Shown here: piece by piece, positions 24,778-37,050 of the stretch
Numbering within the stretch: the first letter of the stretch is position 1
Layout of the letters: each line of letters starts with the position of its first letter
Assembly (NCBI GenBank): GCA_034780895.1
Contig: JAUZTB010000063.1
Coordinates: 10,592,420 to 10,656,419, forward strand
Source of the DNA: Rhynchobatus australiae
Lineage: Eukaryota
Length of the DNA: 64,000 nucleotides
Direction of reading: 5' to 3'
The notes under the pieces: generated by a model
The model's database searches: none
Seen by the model: the letters and a program-made list of their open reading frames with translations, nothing else
What the model was told of the DNA's origin: nothing
Made by a program: the position numbers and the translations under genes

Positions 24778-25379
24778 AGGGAAAGTAAAAGCTTACTTTG
24801 GCCTTATAAAATGCAAATGTTATTGAAGTTGATGTGTCGTGACAATTAGAACATGAGAGGAGGAAAACAGATGTGACTCGAAGATATTAAGCAGAAGTGA
24901 ATCAAAAAAGGGAACAGTAATAAGTTAATAAGAGTATTGCATAGAATAAAAGATGCAAAGCTGGGCAAAAATGAAACTGTGAGTAGAAAGTAGATAAGAA
25001 AAAATTTATGTCACAGAAATGGAACAACTTTTGAGTGCCTCTAATACAATTCCTTTCCCTTTCTCATCAGAAAAAGCTGTCCATTAGCAGAGGACTAAAA
25101 AAAATGGCCTATCAGTAGCATTCAAACTCACTACAAAACTGTGCCCATGATATCCTGACCCCAGCTTGCATGCAAGAGTGATCTTGGACTACAATTGGGG
25201 CCCTTGTGCCGAGGGTATCAGATGTGCATCAGACCAAGGGATTCCGCATATTCTGCAGCTGCCAGAATCATAAAATCAAATCATAAAATTTCCATGACAT
25301 TTGCTTAGCAAATACTTTGCATTTCACCTCAATCAAACAAGCTAAATTAAGGCAGCTCAAGACAAGGAGCCCTTGTACC

Positions 25380-25550
25380 CAGCTATAAATAACTAAACAT
25401 ACTGACATTATCTGGCATCACTCTATTAAGTCAATAGTTAAGCCTTACTCACATTCACACAGCCAGAGTAGATCAGCAAGTCCCACAGACATCACCTCCT
25501 GCATTGTTTCTTGCTGCGTCAAGATTAGATTAATTTGCTGAGTCACCTTC
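25380..25550. promoter_or_regulatory. Candidate enhancer: MEF2 site and two tandem ARE/MARE sites
   Basis: CTATAAATAA 25383-25392; TGCTGCGTCA 25512-25521; AATTTGCTGAGTCAC 25532-25546. Confidence 0.3.
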
Positions 25551-26134
25551 ACTTTCAGCACAAAGCAACTCGCAACCGGACAGCACCCCCTTCAAAAGGT
25601 TGGAAAGCAGAGGGCCCCGTGTACAACTCACAATGACAAGCCTATTTCCTGTTTGGCACCTGACTACAAAGTTCAAAGGGGCAAAAAAGGCAGTCACCAA
25701 TAAAGGCAGCTCAATCCAACTGGACACTGTCGAAGTGCAAAGTGTTCCTCTGGGACTCGCCCTCTATTCAAAATCAGCCGAATGGATGATTTTTTTTTTT
25801 TACACACCTTTTAGTGCGGTTCACTATTTACATTGCTTAAAATGGATTAATGCATTATTTGTAGTTTTTGGGCAGTCCAAAGTAGACTCCAGATTAACAA
25901 TGCACATTGCTGTCCTTGTNNNNNNNNNNNNNNNNNNNNNNNNNNNNNNNNNNNNNNNNNNNNNNNNNNNNNNNNNNNNNNNNNNNNNNNNNNNNNNNNN
26001 NNNNNNNNNNNNNNNNNNNCAGTGCTGTCCTTGTTAAACACGTTACAGCACTTCAAGCTAATTCATAGCACCACAAACTGACACAGGGATACACCAGGGG
26101 CTATCGGAACCAGTGGTGGTTTAAGGAAGAATCC

Positions 26135-26435
26135 AAAAACAAAACGCAGATGCTGAGAATCTGAAAAAAAATGCTGGAAATACTCTGGTTAGACAGCACC
26201 TGTAGAAGGAGCAAAAATTAACATTTCAAGTCTGTGGACACACCTGGCTCAATCTGGCTCGAACTGCCAGAGGCAGATTTGGTATCATTTCAGATTTCCC
26301 TTTGTACTATCCATCGCACCCGCACACCGCCTCCGCAACTTAAAATTTGCTTCCCAGTGTTCACAAAGGATCTTGGACCTGATACGTCAACTTTTCTTTC
26401 CACAGATCTGCCTGACCTGCTGAGTTTCTTTTTTT
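26135..26435. mobile_element. Penelope pLTR pair in inverted orientation
   Basis: gcagatgctgagaatctgaaa...aatgctggaaatactc on the left; ccacagatctgcctgacctgctgagttt on the right. Confidence 0.7.
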
Positions 26436-27559
26436 TTTAAATTGGCTCAAGGTATCACAGTTTTACAAAAAGCCTTGTTGGAGGAGAGGGTAAAAGAATG
26501 ACAAAAGATTTGTATCCGTAGATCCTGAAGAGCAAGCCACCTGTTAGTTTAGTTAAAATAGAAACAAAACCTCCCACACCATTAGGTTTCCAACAAGGAC
26601 CACTTACACAGAAGTGGGCAAGAAAAATGGATGTTTCTCTAAAATAAATATCAATCCCAGCAACAACCTCAAATTAGGAACTGCAGCATCAGCATGTGAA
26701 ACCTAATGTGCATGCTGAAAATTGTGTTAACTACTTCAGCAGAAGCATTAATGGCTTAGATGATAACTCAGCGCTGTGGAGTTTGAATGACAAAACTGCA
26801 CAGGTTCACATATTTTTGACAACAGTGTGCAAGGTTGCACTCAACTCCAACTAAAGCTTCAAGACAAAGTGCAGTGTTGACTGACAAATTATTTTTAAAA
26901 AGTTTCACTACCCTGGGGAGGACAGCACAGGGTAAAAATACTCCTGTAATCAACACACAACTTTAATTTATGGACTGACCACATCAGTGCAGTTCCCTTT
27001 TAATGAGATCTTGCTCTATGAGTAAACTGAAACTACAAATGTTCCATCTCCTGTCTTTTTTGATCACTGCAGCTTTTCCTGGAGCTTGCGGTCTCAAGAA
27101 TCATGTTTCATTGAGTCAGTTGGCAAACTCCATCTGTTCCTGCTCGCAATGAGGGCGCCACTTCTAACTGCCCACACAGGCGTCACCAAACAAGGGGAAG
27201 CAGAGTCTGCGACTTCCCCAGTGTGGCTACACTAACTACCAGTTGCCAACACATCTGGTAACTTCCCTTCCTCTTGTATGGTGGGGGCCACAAATCAACT
27301 ATTCCTCCACCGCCCCCCCCCCCCAAACAACCAAACTACCCGACTGACTGCGTTCTCACAAGTTTCACCGTGGGACATTACCATGTGCGCGAGAGACTTT
27401 GCAAAACACCTGCCATTAGCTACACAAGTGGCAAGTGTTCACATGACCAGGCAGGGACTGGGCAAGCAGCAATATCCTATACAATCCTGTATGTGGCGTG
27501 CATTTTACATCAGTTACTGGATCTGCCAAGGACCTATATTTACCATCCATATTCCCAAT

Positions 27560-27790
27560 GATCTATAGAACTTAGTGACCACTTCACAGGGCAGTTACAA
27601 GTCAACTGCATTGCAGTGGGTTCGACCAGGGGCAAGGCAGTCAGATTTCCTTCCGAGTGGTCTTGTTTCCATGGGCATCATCACTGTAACCAGCCATTTC
27701 TATTCCAAGTCATATTTAATTACTTGAATTTAAATTCCCCCACCACACATCCCCACCCAAGTTAAACCCATTCCTCCAGCTCACCAGTTC
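27560..27790 (-). mobile_element. Old SINE sharing its 3' region with the second LINE family
   Basis: gggcagttacaagtcaac, cagatttccttcc and ttgaatttaaattccc; complementary motifs at 59500 and 59890. Confidence 0.5.
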
Positions 27791-27886
27791 AATCACATTA
27801 TGTGCATGATGTGTGTAACGCACAGTAAAATAATCGGGAGTTCTTCATCCTGCATGTCACCCCGTCAGAAAAATTAAACTGGATTC

Positions 27887-28185
27887 AGTGACACAGCAGT
27901 TAGAGCTAGTGTCTAGGGTTCCACCTGATTACATGGAGATTGCATGTTTTCCTTGTGATCTTGTGGGTTTCCCTTGGGTGCTCCGGCTTCCTCCCCTATC
28001 CCAAATGTGTTCATCAAATGGATTGTCTAGATCACCTGCAGTGTAAGCACGTGGCAGAAAAATTGTTGAGTGGGTAGGAAATGCAAGAGAATAGATTATA
28101 GGGAATTAAGTGGGTGAATAGAACTGATAAGGATTACTCAGAACCAGCAGAGACTCGACAGGTCAAATGACCTTCTCCTTCATGA
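27887..28185 (+). mobile_element. HE1/V-type SINE
   Basis: gtgggtttcccttgggtgctccggcttcctcccctatcccaaa V-domain; CR1-like tail. Confidence 0.8.
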
Positions 28186-31100
28186 GAATAATCTGAAAGT
28201 ATGAAACATGGAAACTTAATTATGGACACTTAGCATCACAAGTTGCCTAATCCACTCAAAATCGTGAATGAACTCAAGACCAAAGGCACTCCTCGTACAA
28301 TATTGCAACAATTCTGACTTTTAACGAAGGTGAAAGCAAACCAGTATAATGTGCAAGAGTTGCTGATGCAACCAGCACAACTGATTAAAAACTATGTTAA
28401 CCAAATGACAGAAATTTACTTTCACCCTTGGGTTTGAATGATTAAAAATTCCCAGCTCTCAGATAGACTGTTCCACAAATGGGCTCACATAGAACTTGGC
28501 CCACAGCAAAAGAACATTGGAAACATACTTCTCTGAACATTGGAAGCATACCTGTCAACTCATAGGGTCAACTGAAATGATACAGGCAGATAAGACAACC
28601 GACAATGCATCAGCATCAATGCAAATCTTTCGTGACAAAGTTGCAGCACAGCATTATGGAGCACACTATGAAAGAAATATAGCTCAACCCTCTTCATTTA
28701 CGTTGAGCTTCACTCCGATTGTCTAGCACTTCAAATGTACTCAAGATTTGACTTTGCTATTCCCTAATTCTAATTACCGAGTAATTATTCTCAAAATCAG
28801 CATTAGAGCACTCTTAGACCTTGGTTACCAGAACTAGTGCAGTGAAATAGCAATCAATGGCTAACATACAACTCTTGGGTAGCAGCAACATGAGCAATAC
28901 TCCTACCATTCTTTTCAACACTGGCACCAACAGTACACACAAAATAAAGAGAACAATTTCTGTTGAATGTGCATTGAAAAGATGCAAAGTTACCTTTAAA
29001 TGGGAAGAGAAGTTGGCCATTTCAACCCTGAGAGCATGTTCTGCCATTCAGCAAGGTTGGGGCTGATCAAGAGGGAATCGAATTAGTGCTGGGTTGCAGG
29101 TCCTGTTCAGGATTTACAAGCTCTCATTATTTCATCAAATTCTTCAGTTCCCCATCAGGTGCCCAGCAAACAGTGTAGATTTGGTGCAGGCTATTCCCCA
29201 GTTATGCATTTAGTATCCATAAGGCCGTGCATCCTGGATTCCACCTCGAATAATTGAAGGAGAAACCACTTCTTGATCCTGTTCCAGCCACTTGCAGTCC
29301 TGGTACGCAACGTTTGAACTCTGAGATGGAACAGCTGCCCATCTCCAGCTCATCCTTCCCCGCACCCTTCCCCAACCAAACTTTGTCCCAGTGGCTTTGA
29401 CGAATGATTTCCAAGCCAAACTATACGAGAATGTTTGGCATGGAACTGGATTCAAGTCTCAAATCAGTCTCCCAAGTCTCGGCTGTCACAACTCAACTAC
29501 AACAATTCAAATTTTAAACAGTGCGGCTGATCTTCTTTCAGAATGAATTAACAAGAGAGACAATAAAGCATGCGAAACCCGCCAAATACTCCAGCATTGT
29601 GTATTAAAGGTGCAGCCTCCATCACTAACCCTCAATAACTTCTCGGGCGCCTATAGGTGTGACTCAGGTTCAGCACTCTTCTACTCTGCCCGCGAAGTGC
29701 CAGCTTATCACTTGCAGCTTCCCACTTTGAAACAGCTACNNNNNNNNNNNNNNNNNNNNNNNNNNNNNNNNNNNNNNNNNNNNNNNNNNNNNNNNNNNNN
29801 NNNNNNNNNNNNNNNNNNNNNNNNNNNNNNNNNNNNNNNAAACTCAACAGGCGGGAGACACCGAGACCTTTGCCCCGTCTCCAGTTCTGAGCCCCTCAAC
29901 CTCCACAAATGGGAAGAACTGTGGGACTTTTATTGTGTCTTGGATTTTTATGCAACAGCAAACAACTTCTAAGTTTGAAATTTAACTCCCATCATATCAC
30001 GAAGGGGACTCCTTTTTCTCTAAGGAAGATACGTCAAGCCCTTGCATAAATGCCCAAAATACCTGGGCATAGAAATGAGCCGATTATATCTATGAAAATG
30101 CATAACTTTCTTCACCATATGCAGTTTAAAAATCTTGCTGTTGCACATTGACCTTCGCTTGCAACATTTTAAAACAACGAGCTTGAAAGTATTTTGTGAC
30201 TAGTAGGAAGCACTTTACTCGATGCCTCTCTACTACGGTAACTTTGATATTTAAAAGTCGAGAGAAGAAATGACAGTTCCACATTTAGTCAATGACTGGT
30301 AATGTTGGNNNNNNNNNNNNNNNNNNNNNNNNNNNNNNACATTTCGTCCAGCCCTGCCACTTCTCACCCAGCTTCCTACACACTCGTGAGGGGTCCTGCA
30401 AGTAAACTCTTTCCCAATCTGTGCCGATCTGACGTTTCCAAATATTTGGCTTTTGGCTGAAACACTGCCTTATGCTGCAGACCCACTGATGTGGTTAGTC
30501 AAACACTTAGCACTGCATTCCTGAGCATTCGATTGAGGTTCAAGTCCAAGCTAAACATTCACACATGCGACACTGTTTTTAAACTTTATTTTGATAGCCA
30601 TTAGGAACAAAATCCCGTCAATTGTAAAATTGTATTCAAAATATACAAGGACTCTTTGCCACTCCTCCTCCCACTTGGCAGATCATTTTATTGAAATTAA
30701 ACTTTATAATCTTTTCCTTCTTCAGGAGAGAGCCTGTATTCTGAAAGAGGAGACTATTTAATTTGACAGGAAATAAAAATCTGATTTCCTAAATTTGCAT
30801 TACACTCCCTTGTAACTGCGTCTTGTGTAATGTTACCACCACAGAGTTAGACTCCCAGTTCAAGCAGATTGCAACAGCTTACAGCAAAGTAACCCAAGCA
30901 ACATTTGAATATTGTACCAAGTTCAAGTAGGCTTATAGAACGAGCAGCCACACCAGGAGTTCTGCTCTGCCTGCAAGCTAACTTTGATTTAAATAAACCT
31001 GACTAATGCAATGGTGCTGAGCACGTTTGTGTGGCATTTCTTTTAAGAAAACCTTTAAAAGTGAAACTGTGGTGTGAAGCAGCACGACAAAACAGAGAGA

Positions 31101-31855
31101 GGAAAAACAATTCCAGAATGCTGGCGTGCTTACCTGATTGTTTTGATCGTTCCATCAAGCAGTTTAATTCACACGGAACACTTGAGTACCAGTGATTTTG
31201 GCTGTTTTGATGCTTCAGAGGTCCTGCACTTCTTAAGACTGAAACCAGACTGTGACTCATCCTCCCTCTAAATGGCTGCAAGACAAACCCTATTTGCTTT
31301 CACTGCTGCTTCCAAACTCTATTCACCAAGAAAACTGAAGCTGACTTGAGGCACATAATAAATATATCAGCCTCAACCCTCTGACAGAACATCCTGAAAA
31401 AGGAGCTGACAACGTGGTGAGTAACTATAGTCCCAATGTGAAACTAAAATGAAATTATTGTATTACAGGCAATGATTCATCACCACACTGTACATTGAGC
31501 AATCTTAAGACCTCGTGGTTGAGTCAAGCCTTGCCAAGGTGCTGGAAAGAGAAACAACCAGTTTGCCGAATTCATCTGAAGGGCAAGTGCACACAGCTTC
31601 TGACAGAAAGGATTTCCCATGTGCACTGGGAGGCGGCAAGGGGTGGGGGGGGGTAGAGAAGAGCTACGGCTCACGAAACACAGCTATAAAACACCACTTC
31701 ATCTGTTACGAGGCGCTAGATTCCCCACCAAAACCCACGCAGTGAAGCCAAATTGGGAGGGCGCTAAAACATCTCCACCCAATATGTAGCAAGAGTTGGT
31801 AGCTCAGTCAGCAATTGCTGATTGACTATCACTCCTGACTTGTGACCATGTTAGT

Positions 31856-32180
31856 AAGATTAAAAGGCATCTTTATTAGTCACGTGTACATCAAAACACA
31901 GTGAAATGCATCATTTTGCATTGAGGGTTCTGGGAGCAGCCCGCAAGTGTCGCCACGCTTCCAGCGCCAACATAGCATGCCCACAACTTTCAAACCCGTA
32001 CGTCTTTGGAACGTGGGAGGAAATAGGGGCACCCGGAAGAAACCCACGCAGACACGGGGAGAACGTGCAAACTNNNNNNNNNNAACTCTTTGCAGACAGC
32101 GGCCGGAATTGAACCTGGGTCGCTGGCGCTGTAAAGCATTAACTGTAATAGCATTACGCTAACTGCTGCCCTGCCGTGCC
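31856..32180 (-). mobile_element. Young V-type tRNA-derived SINE with non-CR1 (Rex1-like) tail
   Basis: CpG-rich; gtctttggaacgtgggaggaaa...gaaacccacgcagacacggggagaacgtgcaaact; B-box ggaattgaacc; tail tttattagtcacgtgtacatc...gtgaaatgc. Confidence 0.9.
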
Positions 32181-32719
32181 TGCCCTTACACTACCATGCC
32201 TAACCTCTGCACCTTTGAAACTTATTTACAGCTCATACACATGGTTTGCTAAGTCAGACCCCAAGTGCCTTCTCACACCACTGCGATCCTTCTGGTGCTG
32301 GTGCTCCCAAACTGCTGCTGGGTGCAGACTAGAAGGATTTGGACAACTCAGAGTAGAAGGAACAGCAAGTCCTGGGATGGAATCAGTATGTATAGCAAAG
32401 CTCAGGATAAATGTTTGTTCACCCTCTCATTAGTGCTNNNNNNNNNNNNNNNNNNNNNNNNAATAATCATGACAGCTAAACTCCAATAATTTACAATCCC
32501 ATTTGAAAATCTTTCTGCTTCAACATCTGGCTCACCAGGTGCTGATCCCTATGCTCCTTTGAACACAATGGGCCCCTGGTTCCCACACATTTCACCAGGG
32601 CCCCAGTTCCTATACTCCCTTTAAGCTCACTGGACATTTTACTATACTGTTGCCTGAGTAAAAATGAGAAAACTTAATTTAAACCACAAATCAGAATAGC
32701 ATCCAATAGAGAAAAATCT

Positions 32720-32895
32720 GGAGACGAGACTACAGATGCTGGAGGAACTGAGAAGGACAAGCAGCATCGATGCAGGGAAATGGACAAATGAAAGGTCAGT
32801 CCAGATGAAGGGTCACGACCAATAACGTCGACTGCCCATTTCCCTCCAAAGATGCTGCCTGACCCGCTGAGTTCCTCCAGTGCTTGGCGTGTCGC
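32720..32895. mobile_element. Palindromic Penelope pLTR element with central hammerhead-like motif (32797-32834)
   Basis: Arms gctggaggaactgag...gcagcatc...gggaaatgg and ccatttccc...gatgctgc...ctgagttcctccag; CAGTC-CAGATGA-AG-GGTC(AC)GACC-AATAA-CG-TC-GACTG. Confidence 0.8.
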
Positions 32896-33586
32896 TTAGT
32901 GAGAAAAATCTCAGTCCAGCACCAGTCCCGATTATACAATTTAATAGTTTTATTCTATCAAATATTGGTTTCCCCACAATTGTTGAAAACAAAGCCGNNN
33001 NNNNNNNNNNNNNNNNNNNNNNNNNNNNNNNNNNNNNNNNNNNNNNNNNNNNNNNNNNNNNNNNNNNNNNNNNNNNNNNNNNNNNNNNNNNNNNNNNAAA
33101 AATATAAATAACAACTCACTGATAAGAGAGTATTTTCTGCCTCATTAATATGTCAGTAGAGTTTATTTATTAAACTGCCAAGAGTGGGACTTGAACTCAG
33201 AGATCCCTGACCCTGAGGCAAAAATGATCTTCGGAATGAATACCCAAAGATCAGCTGATTTTAAGCTTTTGCATCTTGGCCCAGGAGCTTAGTTTCTATC
33301 AGAATGATTTTGTCTGCACTGACTTTATTCCTCAGGCTTTATCCATACTAAATACAATTTCTCACTTTCAACCTCTTACCCCTGGGTTTCAGTCTCAGGA
33401 GTACGAAGTAGTAGTTTCAGCAGCTAAGAATAGGAACAGCAGTAAGCCAGTCAGTTTGTAAAGCATGTCCTAGTATTCACTTAAATTATAGTTGCTTTTT
33501 AGTTTATCTCCATCTACCTGTTCCATAACCATTAATATTCTTGCACATCAAAGACCAACCCATTTTTACTTTAACTGTTTTACAGG

Positions 33587-33681
33587 ATAAGATTTCTTTA
33601 TTAGTCACACGTACATCGAAACACACAGTGAAATGCATCTTTTTTTTTGCATAGTGTGTTCTGGGGGCAGCCTGCAAGTGT
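33587..33681 (-). mobile_element. 3' tail fragment of the young V-SINE family
   Basis: tttattagtcacacgtacatcgaaacacacagtgaaatgcatc...gttctgggggcagcctgcaagtgt nearly identical to 31870-31950. Confidence 0.85.
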
Positions 33682-34682
33682 TTTATTGACAATACCTCAA
33701 TAGCTGCTACAGAGTCAGATAGTTCGCTCTGCTACAAAGGATAAGGATCCTCTCCCTGATCTTATCCTGCCTCAGATCTGGCATCTACTACCCTCTTCAC
33801 TTAGAGTCTGGTCCTGAAATCGGTAAAGGGTGGATGAGAGAAAAAAGCCTGAAGGGCAGGGAATGCCTCCCTAGCCCCATTGCTATCTACATGTGGCAAG
33901 CAAGGAAGGAACAGCAAACAAAAGTCCCAGTAGTGGCAGGAAAATCAGGCAGGGAAGCAGAAGTAGGATCAATCAAATAACCTTATCCCATTTGGCACTA
34001 GATTCACATTTAGTTTTTGATAGAGTCTGATGGAAAGTTGGCCCATGATATCCGACTTACTGTGAACTTGATTGTTTTGTTTATTCACTGCTGTTGCCCT
34101 AGATTTGGTGAAACCCTATTGGATTAAAACTTTTTTAACTCCAGTTAAATGCCAAACTGAGAGGACAAAATAATCTTATGTGATTGAAACAACAAAATGT
34201 AAAATCAGCTCTTTCTGTAACAGAAAATAAAGTGACTCTTTGTTATCCATTATAAGTCAATAACTATGCCACCTATCACAAATTTAATTTGAGGTTATCC
34301 TTTTATATAATCTGACCTGAAAGTAAGTAAGCCACGAGTTGGGTTTATTGAGTTATTGTGTCAAGGGTATTGATGAGCTTCCAAGCTCTTCTGTGAATTG
34401 GTCGTGTAAAGTCTCAGCATGACTTGAGCCATCCACCACTTTGGTCGATTCTGAGACTGGAAATATGCAGCACAAGCACTTTGTGACATCAACTCCTCTG
34501 CAACACTGACCTGATTTCAGCCCTGCCAAACTGGATCCTGCCAATTCCAGCCAATGTCATGTGTAAAGCATGCACAGGGAACCTGATGTTTAACAGAAAG
34601 AGGGCCCCATCCTCTTTCCAACTCCTTAACCTGCACTATTTAAATAAATTTTTGATGACTTGCAGGCTTGTGTTATTGATCT

Positions 34683-34890
34683 AGGGCAGCACAGTGGGCT
34701 GGCACACTCCTTTCATCCAGGACCCAGGTCCAAAAGCAGCTTAGATTGAAGCACTGAAAGACTCCTTTCTCTGCTTCTGTAGGGGACTTTTGCGGAGTGG
34801 TATTGAACAGTTACAAACCAACTCCTCATGAGAATAGAGCCACAACCCAAAATAGTCAACACCTGGCACTATCTTGGACCCTGGCCAGAA
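34683..34890 (+). mobile_element. Ancient SINE remnant, LF-SINE-like 5' half
   Basis: Ordered motifs cctttca, ctgaaag, ccacaacccaaaa and tggcactatcttggaccct recall the LF-SINE consensus from memory. Confidence 0.4.
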
Positions 34891-35242
34891 GTAATGGCTG
34901 GTATTGGAAGAAAAATTTCACACTGATACAAGGAAGGACCGTCCTAAAGGTTGAAGTCCACTGATCTTCTAGTCCCCAAAAATGGTTCACCTCTTGTTTT
35001 TGAAATATTCAGAGTTACTGAAGTGGGCGAAACATTTGCTAGTCTGGGAATGAACACACCATTCACATTATTAATCAGAACTAATATGAGTAAGCAAAGA
35101 ATGCCACACGACTTCTCTCTTTCACACCAAGATTTTCTATCCAATCTCAAATGCACGAGCAAACCCTATCAGTCCCTTTCTCACTTATTTCAGTAGAAAT
35201 CCTTGTGATGCTCTTCCACACTATTGTTGAACAATAACCTTT

Positions 35243-35560
35243 AGAATCAAACACAAAAACAGACCCTTTGACCAACAATGACCAACACACTCATCCCACA
35301 CTATTCACAGTCACACTCTCCACAGTCCCATAAACTAACTTTGACAAGATGCTACCTCTCACAGACATGCAGCTACAGTGGCCAATTAACCTACCAATCC
35401 ACACGCCTTTGGGATGCGGGAGGTAACTGAAGCACTCAGAGGAAACCCACTCAATGGGAGAATGTGGAAACTCCACAGATACAGCAGTGGAGGTCAGGAT
35501 TGAACCAGGGGCACTGCAACTTTGAGGCAGCAGCGCAACTAACTGCACTGCTGGCACTGT
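35243..35560 (-). mobile_element. HE1/V-type SINE
   Basis: acagtggccaattaacctacc...ctttgggatgcgggagg...gaggaaaccca...ggaggtcaggattgaacc...tgaggcagcagc. Confidence 0.85.
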
Positions 35561-36957
35561 TAACATAATTTAAATTTCATTTGAAATGACCTCATTCCTC
35601 TTTAATTCATCCTATAACTAAACTGATTTTTGCACCGTTGCATTTATTCCCGAAACTCCCATATTTGGCACAATCCCCTTAAATCCACTTTGAGAAAACA
35701 GCAATTACTTGGCTGTGACTGGGACTAAAGTAACTCCCACTGCTTGTCTGTTGTTTGAGCTGACATTTCTTCCCTAACAATCAATCAGGCTGGGTTCCTC
35801 TTCACTCCATTTCACCCAGATCATTTTCAGCACTGTTCCAGTACTTTGGAAATATCTGGTTTTGGGTAAATAGCTTGAAGGCTGGTGATAAACCCCTCCA
35901 AATTTCATCACTTTCCAATCAATCGTCAAATCAAATTCCCCAAAAGATTCACTAGAAGGTTACAGTGGGAAAAGTCCAACCTGCTTATAAAAATTGTGCA
36001 CCTTGTATGGAATGAACATTCAGACTAAAGGTTACAATCATTTTAAGGGTGCCTTCAGTTCCCTGACTTGTGTCTAATGCTTTGTACATAGGATAACGCA
36101 TGAGGGATTTCCCCAAGAATTACCGATTTGGATTATGTATTCATGTCATGCCTTTCAAAACCCATGATCATCTCAAAAGTACTATACAAACTATTCCCTC
36201 ACAATCCCCAGGAAGTGGAGGATGTCAGGCCTGGGATCTTGAAGCAAATTGCAAAACAACTTTCAAAACTTGCATAAACTTCGTATTGACTCAAGGTGCC
36301 AACCACCATGAACAAATCTCACCTATGCAAATCTGAACCTGCATTCAGTGAGTCAGAACACTAGAATTTATTGGAAGATTACAGAATTTGGGAGTCCTGG
36401 CACAATTGATGTAAAGAGCAGCTTTTCTACCCAAATAATTAAAAAAATCAGTTCAGTCTACAAGAGTTTTGTAGGCACATACAGCAAGACTTCAGAGAAC
36501 AGCAAGAAAGGTGCTTTACAGAAACCAGCCCAAATTCACCTCTGCTATGTGAGATCTCCTGCTTATGATGGTGAAATATTTGATAGCACAGGAAATACAT
36601 TTACAGAAAGCAAACACTGGCCTGAGAAAATAAATTTAAAACAGTAGTTTTAAATTGCAACACGAGAGGCGACATAGAAATTTCAAATGTTCCAAGAATA
36701 ATAGGCAGAGACATTGAAGTGCCAATTTGCACCCTAAAATTCAGTCAAGAATTCATTCACCCATATCTACATTGTACAGGAGTGGGAGCACTTTTACACT
36801 TTAGTGCCCGAGTGGTCCACTGCATTTGACATGTGCCCTTCCAGTGCTGTACCATTCCAAGTTGAGAAGATGTTCCAGTCTTAAAACCATATATTGAATG
36901 TTTGTACTAGATTCTACTTCATAGACTGAAATACGCAGAGGTAATGAAGGAAAAAGA

Positions 36958-37050
36958 GATGTACATAATGTCTTTCACAACCTTGTTATCTCAAAGAACT
37001 TCACAGCAAAAATACTTCTGAAGTTATTGTAGAAGAGATTCCGCAGTTCA
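36958..37050 (-). mobile_element. Deu-SINE tail fragment
   Basis: tctttcacaacc...caaagaacttcacagc...tacttctgaagt similar to 22020-22090. Confidence 0.4.

Noticed and set aside
27145-27165. CTCF-like site cgcaatgagggcgcca (and gggagggcgcta near 31757)
   Set aside because: Only the 3' half of the consensus matches; too weak to call.
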